Counted from the stretch's first letter, positions 1 through 12,860 are shown. The stretch is 64,000 nt of DNA from Nitrospirales bacterium (GCA_965203295.1 CBDBCZ010000016.1:448001-512000), one strand, 5' to 3'. Translations and numbers: made by a program. The notes: generated from the sequence alone by a model not told the origin.

Positions 1-181
1 CCAGTCCTCATGCATTGTCGCCCTGAGGGCACATGCAACCAAAAAATGCTGAGGCTTTCTACTATTCTAGAATTATTCTTTATGCTAATGTCTTGCTATT
101 ATTCTAAAAATTATTCCAGCATAATTATCTCAAGCCTAGCTACTGTCCTCCATTGTAGTGTCTGCAATGTCTCTTTGCAAT

Positions 182-243
182 GGCTTCTTAAGAAGTCTCC
201 AAAAATTTCACTATTACTACTACATCAGCTCCAGTCTGGCACA
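182..243 (-). ncRNA. Candidate Sm-class small RNA, array copy 1
   Basis: Minus strand: TATATAAA 272-265, variable segment, AATTTTTGG (207-199), then GACTTC-TTAA-GAAGCC hairpin with one mismatch. Start estimated about 29 nt below the TATA. Confidence 0.55.
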
Positions 244-264
244 GTGCCAGTGTGCCTGTCCCAG

Positions 265-340
265 TTTATATAGCAGCACTTGCTCAAACCACTTGTGGGT
301 TTCTTTGTCCATCCAATTATGATTATGAACATGAATATCA
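265..340 (-). promoter_or_regulatory. Tripartite promoter of array copy 1
   Basis: TATTCATGTTCATAATC ... GAAACCCACAAGTGGTTTGAGCAAGTGCTGC-TATATAAA. The same motif order recurs in about 12 copies. Confidence 0.6.
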
Positions 341-778
341 TTAAAACCCTGGAGAGACACTAGCAAACAAGCTAGCGACTCTTTACTGCCCTGACTAGAG
401 TCATCTACCAGCGGTTATCACTGACTGCATACTGTTTACCTATGAATGAGGGAATATGAGACCAGTACGTACTGCCCCATGACATCATTAGAATATGCAA
501 ACGGCATTTCCACATTGCTATACTGAGGTGTTCTTTGTACTATGGACTGTTGTAGCCTTGTTCCCAGGCCTTCCCCACACAAACAAACGAAGTGTGAATG
601 CTCTTAGTAAACAGGAACAGCCTGAAAACCATTATCTCCGACTTGTACAGTGAGAACTATCATAGTGGCATACATCAATGCATATTCTGTCCCCTGTCCG
701 TATGGTGCCTACACCTTGTACCCTGGCCTCGGGGGGCAATGCACGTGTTCAAAATAGCATTTTGTAAGGGAGCATTTG

Positions 779-905
779 TGATTGATTGATGTGTGGTCTT
801 CACAACAAGAGCACTTTAACACGCTTGCTGGCGGTGAAACACTTTGACATTTGAGGACACCATGGACCTTGCTCAAAGCATGAAAGCCGCAAATAGGAAC
901 ACTAT
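779..905 (+). pseudogene. Degenerate Ty3/Gypsy-type gag fragment
   Basis: Translates D*LMCGLHNKSTLTRLLAVK/[frameshift]TLTFEDTMDLAQSMKAANRNT, resembling the RDRLVCG...QxRLLAE..LTF..A..LAQ.ME.A gag motif. Further copies at about 15377-15503 and 18346-18412. Confidence 0.55.
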
Positions 906-1488
906 AAGGCATGCAAGAAACTAAAACAGCAGCATTAGTGTCGGGCAGTAATCCAATAACCATCGTCTTCATATCATGATACTGGATAGGTCCAAGTATT
1001 GAAGGTCATGAACCTTTAGTCTTAAACTGAGTGTTCGGGCAATGAGACAGGGCTGTACGACTGAGCCGTTGGCACACATTGAGGGAGGCAGAACAGAAAT
1101 ATTCTTTTAAGTGTGTAATGCTGTTTAGTGGACTACTTGTGTTTTATTCACAGCAGAAACAGATTTAGTTAACCACCTAAAATTAGAACTTCAAGGGTGG
1201 GAATAAACTACAATTATTTTCCACTAAAATTAACCGATTTAGTTAACATATGCAAGTGTTTTAGTAACCCTGTTTCCTTTTTAGTTGGTTAACTGAATCT
1301 AAAAGCAAACTTTTGTTCTTCATTAAACTAATTATGTGCAGCCATACTAAACAACACTAGTAACACTAATTTCTAAGAGGAATTAACAGTGAAGTACGTA
1401 CCAACATCATGATGGTGCTCCACTGAGTCCACGTCGTATGAATTCACAGTTCTTCTTTGAGAGCCCAATAGTGTCTGTGGTAAGGTTC

Positions 1489-1547
<59 letters not shown>

Positions 1548-3690
1548 TATGCCACCACCTACGCGATCGCCATGTATCATAACAACTCCCCCAGCCTATT
1601 CGTAAATGTGGATGTTTGAGTTAGGAAGGTTTTGAGTCTCGTGCCCAAGAGTTTGACTACTCTATCTGTTCTGGCGGCCCTAGTTCGGAGTGAGCAATAG
1701 TTTAGTTACAACCTACCCAAAAACTGTAACATCGTAGACTGTAAAAACATTCTTTTGCCAACAATTCTGAAATCTCATTGGATCCACCTGGAATGTGAGT
1801 GGGTGAAACAAGTGCTAGAGCTTGGGTAGCCTTGTACCGAGGCGCACTATCGTTGGGAGAACAGTAGATACCAGGCACACTGCTCCTGACAATAATACAC
1901 CTGGGTACGAGGCTAGGCATAAGGCTAGAACTTGGGTCACCTAACTGTTTCAGTGGGGGAGGAAAAGCTAAGGTCTGGGCACAAGACTAATTTCAGCTGG
2001 TGGTAGAGTTATGGATAATTAGAACATACAGTACAGCTGAGAAGATGAGAATAGCTACCCACTCATCATTCTGTGTCTGTTCTGGTTTGGACGATATGGT
2101 ATAATTTTAAGCCTGGTAGTTCGACCACAAGCAGATGTGCCTTTCTTGATAACCACAACTACGTACATTTGATCAGACGGCCAAAAATACCAGCAAAACC
2201 AGTCTGCACTACTGCATGATGTGCATCGCCTCGTCCCCAGGCTCTCTCCTCTAAAACATCATAAGAAGAGCTCGGTATCTTTTCTTACAAAAAATTTCAT
2301 CTCACTATGCAAGTTTTTTTTTTCTCTCCAGCTGTTCTTTGTAGAAATGTTAAGCTACCACACATATTCTACAACATAGAACTTAATTGTGGCAATCACA
2401 AACATTGTCAATAGCGAACTAAACTTAGTGGTCTTAAGACTCTCCGGGCAGCTAACCTACGTCCTATTCCTGCGTGCCGCCATACCCCCTAAGAGATCCT
2501 AATTGGGGTGAGCCCCACACTAGTTGTATGCATTCTGCCCTTTGTGTGTAATTACGTCTTGCCCACCTTCCCGCTTGGGGAAATGCATGTGTTCAGAATG
2601 GCAGTTTTATGAATACCATTGTGGCGCCAGGAGTGCATCGAGCCGGTGAAGCCGGTGAGGGAACATGCAACTAGTACAGATGGCAAAATTCAAACAGGGC
2701 ATCTGGATGCTAATTATTTTAGTAACCACCAAATATGGAATATATACACACGTGGGTATGTAAGACGGTGAGCGGCAGCTTTGCAGGGCGACTACAGAGA
2801 GCGTTGGATGGTGATACAGCTAACGCCGGCACGAGCACAACGACATTGATGTGAAGGTTAGTTGTAAGCCGTTGTAACAGTCATTGAGCGTGGGTATGGT
2901 TGGACTCACTTGTTGGAAGATTGGACCGTCTCCCATATGCTTTCGCTTTGGAGAACTAGTCATCTCGCTTGAATGTAGCTATGCCGACACACCGCTTCAC
3001 TTTTATCCACTTCGTGGCTTTCTCACTCTTAATGCTGTTACATTTTCCTGCTGTTGTGTCATAAAAATCCATATACGGATACTAGAATATGACTGCCATG
3101 TTTGAATTTCATCGTCTATGTAATGCACGTGTAGTTGCATGCTCCCTCGCTGGGTTCACCGGCTCGATGCGCTCCTGGTGGCGCACACAGAGTCAAAGAT
3201 CAATCACGTACTCATAACAAGGGTACTAAAGCTCCCAGGTTAGCAGGCTTTGTGCGACCTCCGTATGCACGAGAGCTGTAGACAAACGGCACCATCGACG
3301 AGTAATAGCCCCAGCAGCACAGTCTGCCTCTACCCTCCTGTGGTAACCATGGCAGCAGTGAACTGGCTCGTGAAGCCACACTTACGCAGTGTCCCCTCAT
3401 CCACACACACAGCAAGTCAGCTGTGTTACTGAGGTGGAAAGTCCAACCATGCCACCTCCAACTGTCCTTTTATTGCTGCTACTGGTCAAACAAGCGTTTG
3501 GCGGGGCCTAAACGTACTCCGGATGTACACCACGTAAAATAATTGCATTCCATAAATACTTCTGCGTACAACGAAAAGGTCTATTTCAATACCAAAGACG
3601 CTGTCTACTGACAGGCTATCATTGACAAGCAACCACTGGTCTCACACTGCCAGGACAGCAAGGACTACACTTCCTAAATTGTTGTACAGC

Positions 3691-3756
3691 AGGCTTCTGA
3701 ACAGTTCGAAGCCCCCCAAAAATTTCACATAGTAACTGTGAGATAATGATAGGCAG
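3691..3756 (-). ncRNA. Candidate Sm-class small RNA, array copy 2
   Basis: TATATAAA 3785-3778; TCACA-GTTACTA-TGTGA hairpin; AATTTTTGG 3724-3716; GGCTTCGAA-CTG-TTC-A-GAAGCC hairpin. Confidence 0.6.
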
Positions 3757-3777
3757 ACTCAATATGCACTGCCCTAG

Positions 3778-3862
3778 TTTATATAGCACCCCTTGCTCAA
3801 GACACTTGTGGGTTTCCATGTCAGTCAGAGTGACAGGCAATTAGGGCACATGAATATAATCA
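3778..3862 (-). promoter_or_regulatory. Tripartite promoter of array copy 2
   Basis: TATTCATGTGCCCTAATTG ... GGAAACCCACAAGTGTCTTGAGCAAG ... TATATAAA. Confidence 0.6.
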
Positions 3863-3987
3863 CAACTGCAGGAGAAAAATAGTCACCTTATGGTAAGTGG
3901 TAGTATAATTTATAGGCAAGTCTTGTATATAGCATGTTACAATTATTAATAACCGCTCCCAGTTGCCACCCAAGTTGCGTGTGATGT

Positions 3988-4055
3988 AGCTTCCACAGAA
4001 GACTCCAAAAATTCAAACAGCAGTGTAAGTAAGTACCCTTACAGTATGTATAGAT
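3988..4055 (-). ncRNA. Candidate Sm-class small RNA, array copy 3
   Basis: Promoter variant at 4081-4165 with weak TATA; TGTAAG-GGTACTTA-CTTACA hairpin; AATTTTTGG 4013-4005; AGTCTTC-TGTG-GAAGCT hairpin. Confidence 0.5.
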
Positions 4056-4223
4056 AGGTCTGTACAGGCCTGCCCTGGCCTATACTGTAACACCAGTACC
4101 TTCTCAAAACACTTGGTGGGTTTTTCTGCTTAAATTATTGTAATTAGGACACATGAATACCATTACAGCTGTAAGTTGGCATTTTCACCCAACATGGAAC
4201 TATAGGGCAGAGGAGGTTGGGCA

Positions 4224-4827
4224 TAGCCTCGTACCCAGGCCTTCCCTCACAGCTTTTTTCGCAGCCGTGGCAAAAAGCGTGGTTAAGGCCTGGAAGTAAA
4301 CGTCACGTGATGCGTGCCATCGCTTACGTCAGATGCAGTGTGTGGGATTGAAGTGACATCACAGAAGTACACGCGACGATTTATATCGACCTCAAGTATA
4401 TTTTTCGTCAAAAGAACAACAGAAAAGCGAAGCTGCAGACTATACTACACTCACTTGAGAGCGATATCCACAGACAGTAACGTCCAATCTGCAGCTGGCT
4501 TGGCACAACAGTCCTTGGCGCTTAGTCACACGCAGACCGACTCGAACAGCGTAAACAGCGGCTGACGCTCGTGATTCGTGGGATTCTCAACTATTATGAC
4601 CCGTCCGGCTCACCAACTTTACCGTAACGAGTAACTCCAGAACACAGTGTTGCTAGAGTCTCGAGAGAGCGCCACGTGAAACACGTCACGAGTGTAAATG
4701 AACCCGTGAACCCTTGTAGTGACGAAAGCGAAGGTACACATCACGTGACGTTTACTTCCAGGCCTTAACCACGCTTTTTGCCACAGCTGCGAAAAAAGCT
4801 GTGAGGGAAGGCCTGGGTACGAGGCTA
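4224..4827. mobile_element. Non-autonomous TIR element (MULE-like, 9-bp TSD)
   Basis: About 100-bp TIRs TAGCCTCGTACCCAGGCCTTCCCTCACAGC...; perfect TSD GGTTGGGCA at 4215-4223 and 4828-4836. Confidence 0.9.
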
Positions 4828-5045
4828 GGTTGGGCACACATTCCTTAATGTGCGCAGTCACGTGCCCTTTGCTGCACTTATATAATTACATTCCACAATG
4901 CATTCCATTCCAGCATGCAATCAGCTCACTGAGAAGCTAACAAGTACAGATTAATGCTAGGTAGGCATCAACAAAGAGGTTCATGTAGCAAGCACCAAAA
5001 AGACTTACTGTTCAGCAATTCGAGCAATTCTGTGCAATTCCGAAG

Positions 5046-5099
5046 TAGCCTCGTACCCAGGCCTTCCCTCACAGCAGGGAAGGCCTGGGTGCGAGGCTA
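5046..5099. mobile_element. 54-bp hairpin mini-MITE of the same family
   Basis: TIR-only derivative; TSD ATTCCGAAG/ATTCCGAGG. Confidence 0.8.
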
Positions 5100-6241
5100 A
5101 TTCCGAGGTGCCATAGGTGTGACAGAAACACTGACTCAAACCACAGGTAAGCATAGCTCGTTATAAAGCTTAACTGGACTGTAGATGGTTGGAACGGATC
5201 ACACCCTGTTCAGTAATTAGGGCACATGAGTACAGCTACAACCGACACTAATTAGGTACGCACATCAAGCCATACACGTTTATGTGAGCCACGAGACTAG
5301 CCTACCACTAGCTACTATACATTTCCCATAATAGCACAGGAACGAGTTACAAACTGTTTAGTCTGAAAAGACCTGACAAGAAACGAGCCAAGTCTTCTAC
5401 CAGTGGCTGTCACCACCCGCTTACTGCTACTCGTGGTTGAGACTGCTACTCAGAAACAGAACCAAGAGACCTTGATCAATATGCCCCACCCCCATGACAT
5501 CATTGGTATTTACAGCAACCAGCTCTTGCGTCTTTTCCCCACTGACCACTGCTACTAACACTGCCACCTTGCTTGCACTCAACAACTGCTACCTGGCTAG
5601 GAATTGAACAGCTCCATGACATACAGTAAATGGAGTCAGTGTCATTCGCCTACATGTACGGTAGGCTATGGCTGTGAAGAGCTTGGCACAGTCCTTGCAT
5701 GCCTACGTTGTTTTCCTGCATGTGCGATAAGTTATGGCTGTGAAGAACTAGGCTGCAGTTCTAGCGTGCCTGAATTGTTTTGCAGTTGTCTGCAGTCTCC
5801 GCCTCCATGTGGCTCAGGCCGGGATCTGTCAGCAGTACTACTGCCACTGGCAGATGCATATCACATGTAGATGGCACCTTTCTATCTATACAGAGCGAGT
5901 TCAAAGAGCACAAGTAGTTGCGTGAGTGAAGCGAGCACACCTGCTTGTAATTGTAAAACCTGCTTGCAATTAATGGCATGTAAAACCATACCAGACTCTC
6001 CCATTCTAGTCTCGTGCCCACACCTTGGCTCCTCCCTCCGGAAACCGTGTGGCGACCCAAGTTTCAGGTAGGCATGGTCATTTGGAAATCGTCCAGGGGT
6101 GGATAAGGGGGTAATGATAAATACTAGGACAGAATTCTCAAGGGGAGGGGGAGTTGAGCAAATGCCCTGCACAAGTCTCTCTGATCACCTGTCACAGGAC
6201 AGCCCTTGCTTGCTATTTAAGTTTCTGTTCTACATGTACTA

Positions 6242-6378
6242 CAGTGGAACCCCTCTACTGTGGACACCTGGTAAACTAGAGAGATGTCCTCATTTCAGGG
6301 GTAAGTAAATCATTGGACCTTGAGAAGGGTCAAAGGTGTCCTTATTTCAGGGGAGTCCTTAAAGAGGGGTTCCACCGT
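6242..6378. mobile_element. Tc1/mariner-pogo-type MITE (TA TSD)
   Basis: TA|CAGTGGAACCCCTCT ... AGAGGGGTTCCACCG|TA. Paralog at about 11607-11742. Confidence 0.7.
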
Positions 6379-6751
6379 ATAGCCATGGCTACCAGAAAAA
6401 TTCACAGTGGTCACATTGAGACATTAGCATGCACTGTAGCAAGGTCCTAGCATTCCACACACTCCCAGTGCTAAAAGTCCTCGTGTTCAAACACTGAGTG
6501 ATAAAGCTGAAGCTCCCTCTTCCCAGGAAATCAGCCATGTTATTAGCAAGTCAGCTGCTGTAGCTATAGGATCGCTATCTGCAGAGTAACAGCCAGCCAT
6601 GCAGAGAGGATGGGTGTGTTGATGCTGCAATCCGAGGTGAGCGACTGGAGAAGGCTCTGACACTCACACCAGGGCTTCTAGTATCATGGGAGTTTACCCA
6701 ATTCAGTGTGACCTGTGAACCATTAATGTTCCATCCTACCACAGCCGCAAT

Positions 6752-6824
6752 GGCTTCCAGAGAAGCCTCCAAACATTTCTTACAATAAAGTACTCCACAG
6801 TCACCGTCCAAAACTTCCATCAGT
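6752..6824 (-). ncRNA. Candidate Sm-class small RNA, array copy 4
   Basis: Full promoter 6846-6916 (TATATAAG 6853-6846); Sm variant AAATGTTTGG 6778-6769; GGCTTC-TCTG-GAAGCC hairpin. Confidence 0.5.
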
Positions 6825-7240
6825 CCATCAGCTGAGGTGTCCCAGCTTATATAGCAGCACTTGCTCAAAACACTGGTGGGTTTCCTTGTTCATGTAATTA
6901 TGGAACATGAATATCATTACACTACCACCACTATCCTGACCACATATGATGCTATACTGAGGTGTTCTTTGCACTATGGACTGTTGTGCCTTGTTCTCAG
7001 ACCTTCCCCACACAAACGAACGAAATGTGGATGCTCTTAGTAAGCAGGAACAGCCCGAAAACCATTATCTCTGACTTGTACAGTGAGAACTGTCACTGAC
7101 TGCAGCTAGCTCAGCTAACACATGGCTCACACTGCTCAGGCACGTTATATTGCTATGACGATCACTCAACTACGATGTTACCATGTCAATGCCTAGTGAT
7201 ACGGTTAGCTAAGGATAGAGTTCGGGTAAGGATAGGGGTA

Positions 7241-7280
7241 GGGGTTAGGGTTAGGGTTAGGGTTAGGATTAGGGTTAGGG
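7241..7280 (+). repeat. Interstitial (TTAGGG)n tract
   Basis: About 6 telomere-type units; shorter paralog at 12653-12676. Confidence 0.8.
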
Positions 7281-7456
7281 ATGGATAGGGTTAAAGCAGG
7301 AGGTTTAAAATTATGCTCAGCAGTCCTCCCTATAAAGCTCACTTCCTGCCTCCTCAAACTGTCATTTCACCTGTCGAAGGTGTGGCAGACAAGGGCATAT
7401 TCCATCGTGTGAAGATTATCTCTCTGGCAGTTCATGCACTATCAGACCCTGGCTAT

Positions 7457-7512
7457 TGGACTTTTGAATAATTCGAAGCCCACCAAAAATTTACACAAGA
7501 GTTGTGAAAGCC
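7457..7512 (-). ncRNA. Candidate Sm-class small RNA, array copy 5
   Basis: TATA-like 7541-7532; CACAA-CTC-TTGTG hairpin; AATTTTTGG 7491-7483; GGGCTT...AAGTCC hairpin with G-U. Confidence 0.5.
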
Positions 7513-8342
7513 TGTTATTGTGTTCACTAAGTTATAATATACATTCACTTGCTCAAACACTTGTGGTCATACAAACTGAGTGCAATTAGGACACATGAAT
7601 ACCAATAATGCAGAGTCTGGGGCATGGATGGCTGGGTATGAGACCATGCTCTAGTTTATCATTATGAGTTAGCAATTACATAATCTTCTCAGTTACCATT
7701 TTGTAAGGAAAAGCTGTAATATGCAGATACAAAGATCTCCAGTCTCGTGCCCAGACCTCTGCTTGCCCACACACCAAACAGTCATGTATGGCATCAAATT
7801 TAATGACCCCACTGCTGGAGCATACATGAGTCCTTCAATGAAACTACTCCAGGTTTGCACTACTGCATGATGTACACTGCCTCGTCCCCAGACATTTATT
7901 CCAATCCTAAAGTCAGTAGCACTAATGGATTCCGAGATTAGCTACCAGAAGGGTAGATTCACGACCTTCCCTTGACGTCCAAGAACTACATGTACAACTG
8001 TATGTGCGCATCCACACACAATTATCTACCACCTTTGAAGTCACCAAAAGCAGAAAATACAGTTCTCCCAAGATTACTGGGAATTTGCAAACTAGCGGGT
8101 ACTCCAGCGTAACATCCCTCCATTAATGAATCACTGTCTGCTGCACTAGTAGAGTTAGAGAATGGGATGCTGAAACTGTGATATCCGTGATGTAATCGAC
8201 CAATCACATTGCCAGTCCAGAATCCAGAACTGGGACCACTGACGTAGCACTACCCCAACGTCAAGTTTTCAGGGACCAGACCCACCGTTCCAATGTAGGG
8301 CTAACCCAGCACAGGTCTACTTGTAATAGGCACGATCCCTTA

Positions 8343-8365
8343 GAAGCCCTCCAAAAATTCTTTAT
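8343..8365 (-). pseudogene. Relic small-RNA copy without promoter
   Basis: GAATTTTTGGAGGGCTTC present, but the 3' arm of the hairpin and the upstream promoter are missing. Confidence 0.4.
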
Positions 8366-9032
8366 TCAACAAAGAAACGCAAAATTTTTGTCAATTCGAG
8401 GTAGTCTATCATGTTCTCAACAAAGCCATCCATTTGAACCATTTGAATTGAAGATTCCAGGTGAGGCTGCTTTCTACCTTAAAGGTTGTGATAATCAATT
8501 ATTGAAGGACAAGAACCTCTAGTCTGAAACTGGGAGGTTAGGGTGAAGAGACAGGGCTGGGGGGGGGGGGGGGGGGGGGGGTATGTGGGGGGGGGGGTAT
8601 GTAGTTTCCAAGCCTTGACAGCTATATAGAGTTTATAGCAATTGATACATGAGAGCATGTCACATTTTGACCCAAAGACCTACATACCCTGGGAGCTCAT
8701 TGTGCCTGCAGGGGTTAATCTTTCACGATGATACCGAAATGCCAGCATACTAGTCACTGCAATGATCGAACAGAATCATTACTGCCCAACTCTACAGCAG
8801 CAGTGAACTGGCTTATAAAGCCACACTTACGCAGTGTCCCCTCATCCACACACACAGCAAGTCAGCCGCGTTACTGACGTGGAAAGTACAACCATGTCAC
8901 CTCCAACTGTCCTGATATTTACAAGCAGTTAACTATCAAAGACACCCTCTACTGGTTGGCAATCAAGTTACGAACAACCACTGGCCTCAAATATCAGAGA
9001 TTATGATTTTTGGATAGCATTTCTAAAGCAAG

Positions 9033-9088
9033 TAGTCTCGTGCCCAGACCTTTCGCCAGAATGGTGTGGGTGTCTGGGCACGAGACTA
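9033..9088. mobile_element. Mini-MITE (TAGTCTCGTGCCCAGAC termini)
   Basis: 17-bp TIRs; TSD (T/A)AAAGCAAG. Confidence 0.8.
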
Positions 9089-9143
9089 AAAAGCAAGTAC
9101 ATGTATAATATTGGTCAGTAGCTATACAGTCATGTACATGTAT

Positions 9144-9229
9144 AGGCTTCGAACGATTCGAAGCCCCCCCCCCCCCCCCCCCCCCAAATTTTTTTTACAT
9201 ACCATGAAATGTGTCTATAATCAAATCAG
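9144..9229 (-). ncRNA. Candidate Sm-class small RNA, array copy 6 (possibly defective)
   Basis: TATATAAA 9258-9251 with shortened box-TATA spacing; Sm site eroded to A8TTT followed by an expanded G-run; perfect GGCTTCGAA-TCG-TTCGAAGCC hairpin. Confidence 0.4.
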
Positions 9230-10210
9230 ATATTACATTCACTGTCCCAGTTTATATATTTGCACAAAACACTTGTGGGTTTCCATGTAATAGGTAATCA
9301 GGGCCATGAATACCATCACAACAAGACAATTATGTGTCTGGAGCATGGCTGGCTGGGTATGAGATCATAGTCTAGCTGGGCAGAGCTACGCGCATTGTTC
9401 TTTGCAATTAAACACGTGATGTCACGTACAATGACATTCCGTTTCCGGCAGTGCGCTAGCTAGCTGCAGACTTCGCTGTTGACCAAGCGATTCGAGCTGC
9501 TTGCCTGAAACTAGCCTCTACCAGGCTTCGAAAAGAACGAGAGCAAGCCATGTAAGACTAGTTTGTGTTCGCCTGTGACGTCACCAATTAGCATTCAAAC
9601 TACGTGATGTAGAAATAATTGTAAATACCATACACAAAAACGTGATAAGCGGATGACCAGACTATACTTTTCCCACGATGAAGTTAGTCTGGCCCGCGAG
9701 ACTTAACTACAGCTTAACAACTCCATTACAGCGGTCTTTCTAGAGGCCTTGCTTCCCTTTGTGCTGGTGTTTCAAACACGGTGCGGGTCCTCTCTCTTGC
9801 TGTCATTAGTTTCGAAGCTTCTGTCAGGCAGTGCTCTATATGCTGGCTGAGTGTAGGCTAAAATAATTTGTGGTCTTTATACAAGCCTTGCTTTCCATTG
9901 CATGGCAGTCTCAGAAGTACAGCGCGGGTCTTCTGCTGTTCTCGCTGACCGATGTTGTCGTTTTCGAAGCCTCTCTTCTCTCGTTCAGCTCCAGAATAAC
10001 ATACAGAGCTCCTGTACTCTCAGACAGATGCGAACTGCACACACGTGTTTGTGTACAATTTTGAGGTAATGCCGTTGAAATAGGTAATTGTGGTATATAG
10101 GACCATGCAGCCGTACGTATGTACGGACGCACAAAATCGCCATTCGCAGCACTAAGGGGAAGGGGGGCTCGCTCACGCTCGCCACAGTTTACATAGGGCT
10201 GTAGTTTATT

Positions 10211-10487
10211 TAGTCTCGTGCCCAGCCCCCCATTAGAAAAGTGGGTCTGGCTCTCCGTATATTCAAATGTGGGGCAGCAGTACGTCAGCGGTCCCAAATC
10301 TGGACCGGCAATGTGATTGGTTGATTATAGTACTACATCACTAAACGGTTGCAGTATCCGGATATCCATACTAGTGGCCACGTGGACATTATCCGTTTGG
10401 TGATGTAATATGATGTAATGCTAACCCAACTTCGAAAATACTGGGAGCCAGACCCACCTTTCTAACGTGGGGCCGGGCACGAGACTA
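10211..10487. mobile_element. 277-bp MITE (9-bp TSD)
   Basis: TIR TAGTCTCGTGCCCAGCCCC...; TSD TAGTTTATT on both sides. Same family at 14240-14516 and, left-truncated, at about 21564-21819. Confidence 0.9.
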
Positions 10488-12203
10488 TAGTTTATTCAGC
10501 TACTAGATGCTGGAACCAAATTTCCCTCCAATCTCGTACCCAGTCAACAGCTTTCCCACATGCCAAACGGTGTATGAATTAAGTCAACTTTTCATGGTTG
10601 GTGTATATGTGAGTCCTATTATCAATGTACATTTGTACAGGATATTAGAAGAATAAATCAACTAATGTATCTTTTCTAATTAAGATACCCTTTCGAATGT
10701 GAAACCATTTGTTTCACCCAAAGTAGGAGGCCCTTTAGCCCTGGCAAATATTCTTGGGGAAGCAATAGAGTTTCAGCACACCAAGTAATTCACCAACCTA
10801 AGGCAGTAGTAGGTGCTTCATTCTCCATGGCTTTTCATATAGCTATAAATATATCTATGTGCCTATGCATACATACTGTATATTTAATGACAGTAATTGA
10901 TCAATATTAGTGATGTCAAAATTCTCTTCAATTAGAAGCACCCTGAGACCTCCTTGCATTCAGCTGCCATTGAAGACTAAAGTGTTTTACCACATGGAAG
11001 TGCATATGACATCAAGACTCTATCTAGATGCCATTGCTGCAAATCAAAGGACCTGCATGTACGATAAGTTATGGCCGTAGGCTACAGTCCCCTAGCGTGC
11101 CTATATTGTTTTGCAGTTGCTTGTAGTCTCCTCCGAGTTACTGCCTCCACATAGCTCAGGCCGGGATCTGTCAGCAGTACTACTGCCACTGGAAGATGCA
11201 TATCACATGTAGATGGCACCTTTCTATCTATACAGAGCAAGTACGGTGAGCGAGTTCAACAAGCATAAGTAGTTGCATGAGTGAAGCGAGCACACCTGCT
11301 GGTAATTAATGGCATGTAGAACCATACCAGACTCTCCCATTCTAGTCTCTTGCTCAGATCTTGGCTCCTCCCCCTTGCTGAAACGGTCTGGCGACCCAAG
11401 TTTCAGGTAGGCATGGCAAGGGGAAAGCCTAGGGTGTCATTTGGAAAATCGTCCAAGGGTGGATAAGGGGCTAATGATAAATACTAAGACAGAATTCCCA
11501 AGGGGGGGGGGGGGAGGGGGAGGGGAGCAAATGCCCTGCACAAGTCTCTCTGATCACCTGTCATAGGACAGCCCTTGCTATTTAAGTTTCTGTTCTACAT
11601 GTACTACAGTGGAACCCCTCTATTGTGGGGACCTGGTAAACTAGAGAGATGCCCTCACTTCAGGGGTAAGAAAATCATTGGACCTCGATAAGAGTCAAAG
11701 GTGTCCATATTTCAGGGGAGTCCTTAAAGAGGGATTCCACTGTATAGCCACTAGAAAAATTCACAGTGCACTGTGAATTTTTCTAGTGGCTATACATGGC
11801 CACATCGAGACATTAGCATGCACTGTAGCAAGGTCCTAGCATTCCGCACACACTCCCTGCGCTAAAAGTCCTTGTGTTCAAACGCTGTGAGTGATAAAGC
11901 TGAAGCTCCCTCTTCCCAGGAAATCAGCAATGTTATTAGCAAGTCGGCTGCTGTAGCTATAGGATCACTATCTGCAAAATAAAATCGATATCTGCAGAGC
12001 AACAGCCAGCCATGCAGAAAGGATGGGTGCTTAGAAGCTGCAATCTGAAGTGAGTGACTGGAGAAGGCTCTGTGAGTGACTGGAGAAGGCTCTGTCACTT
12101 ACACAAGCACACGGGCTTCTGGTATCATGGGAGCTTATCCAATTATTGCCAATTCAGTATGACCTTTGAACCATAAATGATCTATTCCGTTAGCAGTTGC
12201 AAT

Positions 12204-12264
12204 AGCTTCCTGAGAAGCCTCCAAAAACTTCTTACTATGTAAGACCTCACAGTCACACTCCAGA
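12204..12264 (-). ncRNA. Candidate Sm-class small RNA, array copy 7
   Basis: TATATAAG 12293-12286; TCTTAC-ATA-GTAAGA hairpin; AAGTTTTTGG 12230-12221; GGCTTC-TCAG-GAAGCT hairpin. Confidence 0.55.
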
Positions 12265-12285
12265 ACTTCAGTGGAGGTGTCCCAG

Positions 12286-12357
12286 CTTATATAGCAGCAC
12301 TTGCTCAAAACACTTGTGGGTTTCCTTGTCCAGTTAATTATGGCACATGAATATCAT
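12286..12357 (-). promoter_or_regulatory. Tripartite promoter of array copy 7 (closest to consensus)
   Basis: GATATTCATGTGCCATAATTA-ACTGGACAA-GGAAACCCACAAGTGTTTTGAGCAAGTGCTGC-TATATAAG. Confidence 0.6.
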
Positions 12358-12860
12358 TACACTACAACCGGATATCCTGACTACATAGGAGTCTTCTACC
12401 AGCCGTTATCACTGACTACATACTGCTACTTGTGGTTGAGACTGTTTCAATTATGTCCTGCCCCATCACATCAATAATATGCAAACAGTGTTTGCACATT
12501 GCTATATAATACTGAGGTGTTCTTTGTACTATAGCCTTGTTCCCAGGCCTCCCCACACAAACGAACGAAGTGTGGATGCTCTTAGTAAGCAGGAACAGCC
12601 CGAAAACCATTATCTCCGACTTGTACAGTGAAAGCTGTCATTGACTGCAGTGTTAGGGTTAGGGTTAGGGTTAGGGATGGATAGGGTTAAAGCAGGCTAG
12701 GGATTACGGAGGTTTAAAATTATGCTCAGCAGTCCTCCCTATAATGCTCGCTCCCTGCCTCCTCAAACTGTCATTTCACCTGTCGAAGGTGTGGCAGACA
12801 AGGCCATATTCCACGTGTGAAGATTACCTTTCTGGCAATTCACTATCAGACCCTGGCTAT

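Larger units (their letters stand above)
5690..8380 (+). repeat. Segmental duplication unit (paralog about 11050-14235)
   Basis: Colinear high-identity match including two small-RNA loci, a TA-MITE and a TTAGGG tract. Boundaries approximate. Confidence 0.85.

Noticed and set aside
7241..7280. True telomere or chromosome-fusion scar
   Set aside because: Only about 6 imperfect units, duplicated with the surrounding block; ordinary interstitial repeat.
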